64,000 nt of DNA, from the NCBI RefSeq assembly GCF_009914755.1, contig NC_060937.1, one strand, 5' to 3'. Under the pieces are notes generated by a model. That model saw nothing but the letters and a program-made list of their open reading frames with translations. It ran no database searches and was not told where the DNA came from. Positions within the stretch are counted from its first letter, which is position 1, and each line of letters opens with the position of its first letter. This stretch comes from the human T2T-CHM13v2.0 reference genome, Homo sapiens. Both the position numbers and the translations under genes were made by a program. Positions 52,458 to 64,000 of the stretch are shown here, one piece after another.

Positions 52458-54824
52458 TTTTTTCCTAATTTTGCTACTGACCTTGTATAATCCCACTTGG
52501 TAACTGATAAATTATTTTGGTAATAGGCTCAGATTAAACGGATAAGGTGCAGCCAAATGTTTCTGAAGGAAACAAGGTGGGGAGATGCAACATTTTTAGT
52601 CAACCCAATAAGTCATACTTTTTGAATAATATTTAAAGAGGACACTAAAAGGAGAAGAAGACGGGAAGAGGTAAGATGAGAATGAGGTAGACTTCAGCTG
52701 ATATGAGTATCTTATTTGTAAATGGCATGTCATTGTATTAATGGATTTGAATTACATCAAACATTTCTATAAAGATTGGTTTGAATTAAATTTAAACATG
52801 TTATAAAGAGCCTTTTACTCATTGAGGGAAGCCTTAATAACGTTTACAAATAATTAATAAACACTTAGGAGGGCTATCAGATTTCTAGTAACTAACAATA
52901 TGCTGATCTACCCAGAGACTTGGAAAGAGCTAGATTCACAATGTATGATGACCGACCACCATGTTTGCTGCCCTTCACATGAGAGACTATGTACACAGCA
53001 TAGTGAGAACACTGGGAAAAATGGCTCCTTCTCCTCACCTAGCAACTGTTAACCCCCTTGGCAGCAAGTGGGGTGCTCAGAAATGGCTTACGAAGCAAAA
53101 ACTGCTTCTCAAAGGAGATTCAGGGGACTGGGGGAAATGGGATTCCCAAGAAGTCAGAGCTTTCTTCTGAAGTCTTGGCCATGAAGTCATTCAACTGGCT
53201 GTCATGACTCTTTTCATTCTCCAATCCAGGTGTATTTAGTCTTCTAATAAAAACAGAGGAAAGAGGTACCCAAATTAGAATAAAAGGGCAGAGGAAGCTG
53301 AAATGGTCAACAATATGCATTGTCACCCTGCTAAATGACTTGTCAGGTACATAGCTCAGTAGAGTGAAAAGAATGGTGTGTTTATTTTTCCATGTTCTTA
53401 TGTAGTCAGAAGAAATTCAGGAAATGAAATAGAATCTCCGTTTTTAAAACAACTAATTACCATCTTATTTAATTTTTTACAGATATACTGAATAAGGTTT
53501 TCCTGCCTCTACAGGTTTTTCTTCATGAAGAGTTCGCTGTTAGAGACGTTGCTGCACATCTACCTGGTGAAGGCATAATTTTATCACTCTTATAATTAAT
53601 TGCTTTATAGGATGAATTGACCTCTTCAGTTTTTGTAAAAATGATGCATTTATATGTTTTATCACAGTAAAAAAAAAATCAAAATAACATGATGTACTGA
53701 AAAAGCATGAAGAGATGCCTCAAATCTATTTTTAAAATTCTGGGAAACCAGATATTTGGAGAAATTATTTGAATCACAGTGAAAAGACACATCATTTACT
53801 GGTTAAAAGTTGGCATGCTTTAATAACGCAACAGGGTTTATAGGTCGTGAGACCCTTCCACTAACCTTTCTAATGGCATAAAGTGTGTTCAGGGCTGCCA
53901 TTTCCCAAAGGACTGAGGACTAAGCAGAGAAGAGCCAGTCTCTAATCATGGTCTAAAGACTTCAAAGAGGGTCATCTTCTGGCTTCTTTCTCTCTGCTCT
54001 GGTTCCCAGCAACCAGCCTTGCTGTAGATTTTCAGTATCTCTGAGGGAAGGACACCCACTCGATCACATTCATGTTCAGTTAATTTACTTTCTTTTTTTT
54101 TTCCTTTCTTTCTTTTTTTTAGAATCCAATGGCTATTAGCCCTTAGTGGAAACCATACAGCAGCAAAAGCCACAAAGGCAAGATAGATGGCTTTGCTATG
54201 TATCCTATAGATAGCATTACTTTTCTCAGATTCCAAACCTTATCCTGATTTCACCTTGATCCTTTGTAAAACTGTGCCTTGATTTTCACTTTGTGCTTTC
54301 AGGATAAAAGGATCTTAGGCCAAACCCAGCTTACCAATACTCCAGCACCCATTCTAAGTATGTGCTATCCTGGTACCTCTAGCATGGCACTCCTGGAGGT
54401 CAGACTATGTTTTCTCACCTTTTTACACCTGGGACTGGCATACTAGGCCTCAGTGAGTTTATAAAAGAAGGGAGAAGGGAAAGGAGGGAGGGAGAGGACT
54501 GGATCTAGACATATAGAATAAAATTTATTCAGTAAATTTTTGAAACAATATCTTTGTTCATGTATTATATATTTAATTTTTTCACCCAAGAAAAGAACAT
54601 AAGAAAGTGCCAAAGATCACAAACTACAGTATTGATACCAGTAAAATAAAGACCAATCATAACAATAACAAAGTGGGATTTATACCTTAAAACTCTTTAT
54701 TCTCACCCTGACATCCTAATTTTTTGTGGCATGTCTTTAAAATAATAGGCAGTGATCCCATTAATATTTTTCAACTGCAAAAGTCCAAAGATTTGAGTAT
54801 GATAATGAGCATGATAAGAAACAG

Positions 54825-55668
<844 letters not shown>

Positions 55669-57949
55669 TTAAATTAAACAATTCTAAACATCTGGATATT
55701 AGATTTCAGTGCATATCTGTGAGCACTGAATCTGTGAGCATATTCTTGAGAAAAAGCAAATAAAGATTGTAAAGTTGCTGGTATTTACTTTACGTCAGTG
55801 GATAACAAACATTTTGTCATTTTAATTACAGACAGAAAGAGCTACAGAGAGTCAGAAAGACAACCTAAATTGGTATGTCTGCATTGACAAAGCAGATCAA
55901 AGGGAACCAGGGATGCATCTTAGAGCCACACCAAGGAGGCTGTCTCTGTCGCTGTCACAGCCTGTGCTACCAGAATCAAAGGCAGGCTTTTCTCTGATTG
56001 GTTAGGTCAGGCTGCTAATGAGGCAAAGGTCATGGATTAGATTCATTCTCAGGGCCGGTGAATGTCACTTTCTCCCTTGGCATTTTGCTGATCACAAGAG
56101 ACCGAGGTGTAAAAGTTTGACTGCAACAGCAAGAGACCAGCCCTACTGTGGGAAAGAACTAAAACACCATCCCTAAGGTCACGTTTAAACATGATGGACA
56201 CACTTGAATATAATCACTGTCACCTAAATGTGATTCTAAAAATAACTGCCCAGGAAAGGAATCCCTTATTAGATTCGCTTTCCTCTCTTCGACCTGTAAT
56301 TAGGAGACCTGGAAGGGTGAGGCTGATTGGCCTCTGTGCAAGCCCAGACATTCTAGTGAGCCCCATTGCCTCTGTAGCAGAAGGGTGTGATGGCTTTGAA
56401 GGCTGTGCTCTCTGATTTAACAGCACTTACGCAGACACCAAAGTACACAAAGCATGAGGCTCCTCGCCTTCTCCTGACAGTTAGACATCTTTCAGCTTTC
56501 ATATTCCAAAAATTTATTGAGAGGGGGCTCCATTCATAAAAATTATGTTCCTGAGTCTCATGTGTTTACTCGGAGAGCCTCCCTGACGTACTTAGGATTC
56601 CAAAGTGGGAGGTAAATATGTGCTGGAAAATTATCTATTCCAAATATCAGCGTGTTTTACAGCCAAAAGCAGCTAAGGAATCAGAAGAGGTTTCAACATA
56701 TGATTAATTTTAGAATGGTAAACACACAGTGATTTGAAAGTAAATTTACTTACAGGGTGAAATACAAAACAAAGTTAGCAGGCTTCACTCGCTTCCACCT
56801 GCAGTTAGAACAATTAGATACACACTACACGAAAAGTTGTCTCTTGAGATTCTTTAAACACAAGGATTTGTAAATATAAGAAGTCAGGAAACAGGGAGGT
56901 GTCTCTGCAAAGCAATGCTGCCCACCTCTCCACTTTCTCCAATGAGCTGTGGATTTCCAGGTCTTCCCCAGCACTTTCAATCCAGGTAAGGATTGGAAAT
57001 GTAAGACAAACCAAAAAGACTTTTTTTTTTTAAATCCCTCTTGCTCCTCCTGATATCAATGTACTCAATAGATCGCAGGGAAATTAGCTGTTTCACTGGG
57101 TTGAGACTTGTCAGAAGCTCCTCATAATAACAGAAACAAAATAAAATCTAGAAATGCATCTTCCAACTAAAATTTGTGAAACTGTGTTCCATCTCTGCTG
57201 GATAAAGCTGAGTGCAGCTACAGAAATCAATGTCAGAAAAACCAACAACTGTGGAGTAGAAAGAAAGTAAAATCCCTCAAGACTCTAGAGCCACTGGGTT
57301 GTAAATATTCTTAAACCCAGGCTTATAAGACACAGCTGCCAGCCCATATTATACTAAAATGGTTGTGTCATTTTCAGACGAAGCAATTCACATTTGACCA
57401 CTGCATCTTAATCTATGATTCCCCAAAGGTGGACTTGAATAGACTGCTCTGTGTTTCTTCTTATAGATTTCTACCACCCAAAGAACAGACTAATTTTACA
57501 TTTCTATCACTCAGTTCCTTTATAAGCTATACCAAACATAAGGAGTATATAGTCTAAATTATTTCCCTCCCTGGAAATATTTATAAAAGTTTATCTCACT
57601 TCACACACACATTTTGCAAGGAAAGGTTACCTATAACAGATTGGTGCATGAAATAATATACAACAATGTCCTGGCTCCAAGCAAAGCATGGAATATAATG
57701 AGAACTTACCTCCTAGTGAGGGCCCAGTCTCCCTGCACTGTAGGCTGAGCCCATGAGGGCATGTGTAGAATCACGTCTATTGTTGGAAAGACAGACAGAA
57801 AAGCAGTCCCCCATTCAGAGGCTGAACCCCTCCAACTGATTCACTTGACCCCCTTTTTGTTCATCCTTGTATTTGGGAATCACAAAGAATTTCTTTTCAC
57901 AGTTTATTCGGCATATTTGCACCCAATATCTCATGGAAAGTAAAGAGTG

Positions 57950-58065
57950 TGATGATCATTTTGTAGATGAGAAAACTGAGACTCAGGCAGAGGCGATCAT
58001 GGTGACATAGCTAGTGCCTGCAGAACTGTGCAGCTACTCCTTGGTCCTAGAATCAAATTCTCTCT
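57950..58065 (-). mobile_element. MIR SINE fragment
   Basis: 'cattttgtagatgagaaaactgagactcag...ggtgacatagctagt'. Confidence 0.65.
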
Positions 58066-58240
58066 CTCAGGCCAGAGTTGCTCCACATCAGCATCACATT
58101 GTCTGTCCAATATCCTCAGTGTCTGTGTGTGCTGGCACCTTCCATCACCTCTCTTTTCCCTCAAAATCCACAACATGCACATTTGCCCAAAGAGCCCCTA
58201 TTAATCATACTAAAATGTTACCTGAAACTGAATACTAAGA

Positions 58241-58793
58241 TGTTACAGGAAAGGGGTCTGGATCCAGATGCCAAGAGAGGGTTCCTGGATCTCATGCAAG
58301 AAAGAATTCAGGGTGAGTCCCCAGTGCAAAGTGAACGGAAGTTTATTAAGAAAGTAAAGGAATAAAAGAATGGCTACTCCATAGACAGAGCAGCCCGAGG
58401 ACTGCTGGTTGCCCATTTTTATGTTTATTTCTTGATGATATGCTAAACAAGGGGTGGATTATTCATGCCTCCCCTTTTTAGACCATATAGGGTAACTTCC
58501 TGACATTGCCATGGCATTTGTAAACTGTCATGGCTCTGGTGGGAGTGTAGCAGTGAAGATTACCAGAGGTCACTCTTGTCACCATTTTGATTTTGTTAGG
58601 TTTTGGCCAGCTCCTTTACTGCACCCTGTTTTATCAGCAAGGTCTTTATGACATGTATTTTGTGATGACCTCCTATTTCATCCTGTGACTTAGAATGCCT
58701 TAACCATCTGGGAATGCAGCCCAGTAGGTTTCAGCCTCATTTTACCCAGCTTATCTTTAACATGGAGTTGCTCTGGTTCACACACCTCTGACA
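58241..58793 (-). mobile_element. MER41A ERV1 solo LTR, full length
   Basis: 'tgttacaggaaaggggtctggatcc...gagttgctctggttcacacacctctgaca', 553 bp; near-match TSD aaga/aagt. Confidence 0.9.
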
Positions 58794-59331
58794 AAGTGTC
58801 CTTTGCTTCTGAAATTATCATCTTACTGATGTAATGGCCCTGTTTATGATAGAATGATTTTAAAACCTTATTTTTAACTATGAGGACCAACAAGCTAAAT
58901 AAAAGCTCACTTACATCCAGACACAAGTACACACAAGCAGGTACCCATAAACTTTGGTAAAACTGGCTAAGCGCTGGAACTACAGAATGAATTTGTAATC
59001 TGAGTAAACAAACTCCATAATGTTTAAATACTCTGAAAGCTGCCACCATGCAAATGATACCCAGGAGCTGTGTGCAAAGATTGCTCGAAGACACGGTGCT
59101 TGCCTCCTCCCTCCTGGAGCATATCCCAGACCTAACTGATGCTCTTATAATTGAGATCCCAGACCCCTCCCCACATGTTTCCCAACACAGTGATATCCCA
59201 GACCCACTCTGATCTCCAGAACAAGTCCCTGAGACTCTACGACATTATAAAGCTCTCCAGGTGGTTCTGATGACTGCCTTCAGGGGGGATTTCCCCCACC
59301 AAAAGAGAGCCACAAGGAAAAGGAAACCACC

Positions 59332-59711
59332 TGAATTAGTTCTTTTTCATGCTGCCATGAAGAAGTACCTAAGGCTGGGTAATTTATAAAGGAAAGAAGT
59401 TTAATTGACTCACAATTCCACATGGCTGGGGAGGCCTCAGGAAACTTAACAATCATGGTGGAAGCCAAAATAGAAGCAGGCACCTTCTCCACAGAGCAGC
59501 AGGATGGAGTGAGTGCAAGCAGGGGAGATGCCGGAAACTTATAAAACCGTCAGATCTCATGATAACTCACTCATTATCACGAGAATAGCATGGAGGAAAC
59601 CACCCCCATGATTCAATTACCTCTACTTAGTCCCACCCTTGACATGTGGGGATTATAGGGATTACAATTCAAGGTGAGAGTTAGGTGGGGACACAAAGCC
59701 AAACCCTATCA
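59332..59711 (-). mobile_element. THE1C-like MaLR solo LTR
   Basis: 'ctgggtaatttataaaggaaagaagtttaattgactcaca...cccccatgattcaattacctc...ggggacacaaagccaaaccctatca'. Confidence 0.88.
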
Positions 59712-60166
59712 CCCCCCTACTACCTGCTCTGAATGCTCAGCAGCCCCCAACACCTTCCTCTAACCATGACATGAGATGCTAAAGGGACCAACGACCAGAA
59801 TGGCGTAAAGATTACTTTAAACTAAAAACATCTAAACACACAGCAGCTGAGGGAGAAAAGGGCCTCTCTAAACTTCCCTTGTTTTAGCAGAGCTTTCTGA
59901 GAATTCAGCCACCAATTAGAAGAAAGAAGGCTAACCCTCAGCACCTAGATGTGAGCATTGAGCCACAATAATTCGCCTTCCAGGGAGCTTCCAAAGAGAA
60001 AGGAGAATGACTGTTAGTACCAGGGTGAGAAATCATGTAAAGCCTTATCAGAGCCTCCCATACATCCCCACTAAAGCCCTAACAACTCCTTATTATGCTG
60101 ATCTATAAATATAAACCCTTCCTGGCTGTTTGGAGAGGACTCAGGGAGAGCTTCTGCTTGCTTGTC

Positions 60167-61395
60167 TGAGGGAGGGAAATATGTCTTCCCTCACTCGCCT
60201 TAGGTTCTCCACCTGGGGCCCTGTAAATTAGACTGCCCAAAGACAGATTAACAGGAGAAAAGCAAACAGAAGTTTATTAATGTGTGCATGGTGCATGTAA
60301 CACATTGGAGTACTCAGGGATCAGTAACTCAAGGGGCATTCAGAACCTTGGCTTTCTTAACCCTCTTGCTAAAGGAAAAGGGGTTTGGGGCTTCTGTCTG
60401 CAGGGATCAATCAAATGAAGGGGTAAAAGTTTGTATTTTCCTTTCCAAACTTATAGTAACAGGAGAAAAACACATAAGAATTCCTTCTTTGGATTGTGAC
60501 TGTCATGAATTTGGTTCTGAGTATTCATTGGTTATTGATCCTTTCCCTCCAAATGTAAACCAAAAATAAAATTCTAAGCCCCCCAGCCAACTGAATGGAC
60601 TCCTTCTCTTGGCCAAGGGCATTCTAAAGTAAACCTGAAACACTAGCTGAGGCCGTGTTGGGAATGGGTGGTCAGACATGCCTCATTATACCCTCCCCCC
60701 TTTGGAATTCAGGCACAGCTGACCAGCATTAACATTAAAGCAGAGACATTAAGACTGACAGAACAGACTCTTTAATCTGATAAGAAAAATATTCACAATC
60801 TACTCTCTCTGAAGCCTACTACCTGGAAACTTAATCTACATAGTAAGAACTTTGGCCTTCACAATCCCTTTTCTTAACCTAGACACTCCCTCTATTGATT
60901 CCAGGTCTTTAAACTCTTTCAACCAATCGCCAATTAGAAAATCTTTGAATCCACCTATGACCTGGAAGTCCTCCCCTGCCCTTCCAGTAGGTCCACCTTC
61001 CCAGACCAAGCCAAGGAATATCTTACATGTATTGTTAATAGGATTGATGTCTTATGTCTCTCTAAAAGGTATAAAACCAAGCTGTAGCTTGACCACCTTG
61101 GGCACATGTTCTCAGGATCCCCTGGGGCTGTGCCACAGGCCATGGTCACTCAACATTAGCTCAAAATAAATATCTTCAATTATTTTATAGTGTTTGACTC
61201 TTTTGGTTGACACCAGGTAGAGTATTGCTTTCCTGTTTTCCTCATTTTGTGTCCTGAAAGTTTGGCTTGGCTTTCTGCCTAGTAGGATACAGATGCCATG
61301 GAGTCTATGTCTGCTGGTTCTCAGTGGCCTTTAGCTCAAAATAATTCATGTGCCAAAGAGGTATATTTTGGGGTGGTGTATTTTAGTACTCCTCA
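60167..61395 (-). mobile_element. MER31-like ERV1 LTR, split by nested ERV sequence
   Basis: Ends 'tgagggagggaaat...agacagattaacaggagaaaagca' and 'ctttagctcaaaataattcatgtgccaaagaggtatattttggggtggtgtattt...cctca'. Confidence 0.62.
60554..61212 (+). mobile_element. MER4-family (D/E-like) ERV1 solo LTR
   Basis: 'tgtaaaccaaaaataaaattctaagcccccca...gaccaccttgggcacatgttctcagga...gagtttgactc'-type MER4 termini, ending 'ttggttgaca'. Confidence 0.85.
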
Positions 61396-61594
61396 ATGTG
61401 TGATCAACTTTTCTTCTGTTAATCTACTTATTAATTCTCAGGGCCTGACTGCTCAGAACTAAGTTAGTAAAGGAAAAGTTTTCTTCCAATATCACCAAGC
61501 CATTGAATGAACCCTGCTACCACTCACTTCCAGGATTCTTGTTATAAGGAAAAAAAAAAAACCCTAATTTGTTAAACACATTATTAGTTGGCTC

Positions 61595-62304
61595 TGAAAC
61601 CACCATTGCAAAAATTATAACAGTGAGAAAATTATGACAGTGAAAGAAATCTGATCTAACCAACCTGCATGTTGACTTTAACCTCCAAACTGCCCTTGGT
61701 CATTCCTCGGCTTGGGCCACATTAACTTTAGGAGAAAATAAGTTTATTGTTTAAACAAGAATGGGCCTTCCACGAAGCAAACTGCCTTTGTAAAATGAAT
61801 AAAAGACCACTAGGATACAAGGATGAAAGGAGCCTGGATTCTGCTAAAATGTAGGTGTAAATGATTACCAGCCGTTATTCCGAAGGACACAAGATTTGCA
61901 ACTTCTCCAATTACTCCTGCAGATAATATCACTATTGTAGAACCCAAGATTAACCTTTTGAGATGTCTTTTCAGGTTTTTGCATTTCTGCCAAACAGATG
62001 GCCCCACGTAAACCCATGACTCTTGACTCAACTGGTCCTGTGGCCCCCACCCAGAAGTGGACTCAGCGCATGAGGAGCATATTCCACCTCCCTATAATGG
62101 CATCCCCAACAAATCAGCAGCACCCATTCCCCTGCCTATGAAACTATCCTGGAAAAACCCTAGCTCTCCAAATTTTTGGAGAGACTAATTTAAGTAATAA
62201 AACTAATCTTCCATTTGCTGGTTCTGCATGAATTAAACTCTTTCTCCTGTCTTGATAAGTTGGCACTATCTGGGAAGAGGGCAAGGAGAACCTTGGCAGT
62301 TACA
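61595..62304 (+). mobile_element. LTR8B (or LTR8A) ERV1 solo LTR
   Basis: 'tgaaaccaccattgcaaaaattataacagtgagaaaattatgacagtgaaagaaatctgatctaacc...cagttaca'; near-match TSD gctc/ggtc. Confidence 0.82.
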
Positions 62305-64000
62305 GGTCTTCCACAGCTTAAACAAGAAATTAGAACTCAGTCTTTTGAGCCAGGACACAAGATAACTGGGGGCCAGGATCTAGGGTCTGTCTTTTCCCCT
62401 GGAGCTCTGGCTGGGATGGCTTCCTGAGAAGGAATGCCAAGCATGACCTGGCTGGTCAGAGCAACCACAAGACCCCAAATGTAACAGGAAGAGTCATAGT
62501 GCTGACACTTAGACCCCAGAAGAACCACAGGAGAAACTGTAGCAACATCTGAGCACCTCAAGGTGTGATCAACTCCTACATATCCTACTCCAAAAACTAA
62601 TACAAATCAGCTTCTCATACTTGTTCCTTGAATAACCCATGGCAATTCTAGATTAGTCTGGTAAAATGCAAAAGAAATTTTTTTTAAATGCAGTTATGGT
62701 TTTCAAAAACTTGTCTAATTAATCCTATTATTATAAAATGTTCAGATATGCAAAAAGAAAAGCCTACATGTTTTCATAATTAAATGACAGTCTCTTCTTC
62801 AAAGTCCTCTATATGTCAGGGGAAGCTTGGAGCCAGGTGCCGGGATGATGGTAAAGGTGAATGGAGAAATTAGAGGGAGTGCTCGAGCTGAATGTATGTT
62901 TCTTTCAGTGTCAGCAGAAGAGGAGGAGGCAGAGGGTGGGAGTGAGCTGAGTTCCTGGTAAGTAGGCTGAAAGAGCAGGATAAAAGGAGGGAAAACAATG
63001 AGCACCACACCCAGACCTATATCTGAGTGGAAAGGGTTCATGAACTCTAAGATGAAATGGGAACATGAACTAGGAAGCCTAAACCTTTAAATTAACCTAG
63101 CAGTTGGCAAGACTCTAAAAGAATATTTTCGCGTTTTAAAAGCCATGTGGAAACTATTTGAATCTTGATATCTTCATCCACAAAATAAAAGAAAGGGAAT
63201 AAGTGGGCTCTGAGGTTCTCTCAGCACTGAGATGCTATAATTCTATCATTTGTCTTCTCAAGAGGATTCTGGCCATAGCTTTTCAAGTTACATCTGTATC
63301 TCTTCCTCCAGCCTTCCTCTAATCTGAAAAAGAAGGCATATGAGTTGGAAAATAAATTCTCATATTATCTTTCAACAGAATGGCTAGTGCATTTACTTCT
63401 AGCCCAACTATTGAGCCTCAGAAATCAACAAGCCGAATAATTCATTCTGTAATTTTTTTAAAAACACCCATCATGAATCAGGCACTGTGGTTGCTTTCGG
63501 GATACAGAGAAAGAGACAGGATGCAGTGTCAGCCTTCAAGTCACGCACCACTTAGGCCAAGCCAACCATTTTTCCAAAGTCTATTCTAAGTGTTGTTGAA
63601 TAAATGAATGAATTATTATTGTAACTCTATGATAATTTGTGTAAAGGGCAGCTCTTCCCGTCTTGCCCACATTCTCTGAGGAAACAACATAAAAGAGCAT
63701 ATTCGTACTATTTCTCCAGCTGGGTGTCTCTATCCTGGCCCAAGGTGAGAATGTAGGCCAGCGTTTTATGAGTATCCAAGCAGGGCACACCTACCCCACT
63801 GCAAATGCTTTCTTGCTTAAATATCGCTGAACAATAATAAAGATTTAGGTAGTTCTTTGTTGAAGGGTTCAAGAAATTTCTCCAAAACCTGGCAGAATAT
63901 GAAGGTGACAGTGATAGATGGAATAAATTACTGTTCCACAAGGCATCTCACTCTCTTGAATTCTCAAAAGAAGGAAGCCCTCTGTCTAGTCCTTCCGTAA

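Overview
Primate (almost certainly human) non-coding DNA: AT-rich, CpG-depleted, no CpG island, no intact protein-coding gene, and a large share of interspersed repeats (Alu, L1, L2, MIR, MaLR/ERV1/ERVL solo LTRs, DNA transposons). The one protein-derived feature is a 5'-truncated, intronless, frameshifted GAMT processed pseudogene (minus strand, ~2239-3085) inserted inside an MST LTR. From memory only, not checked, this may be GAMTP2 at 13q13 within the minus-strand lncRNA LINC00457; two minus-strand non-coding exon candidates fit that. The most unusual structure is a ~68-bp, ~95%-identical inverted copy (44257-44324, inside an MLT1 LTR) of exactly the 3' splice site of one candidate exon (42527-42596), which could form a splice-site-masking RNA duplex. 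Also seen: a locally templated ~210-bp direct duplication inside another LTR, an inverted MER41A pair enclosing inverted Alus, a THE1D bracketed by (TG)n and (CA)n, and a nest of LTRs at 59-62 kb. Repeat subfamily names come from recalled consensus sequences and need RepeatMasker/Dfam confirmation; boundaries of old repeats are approximate.
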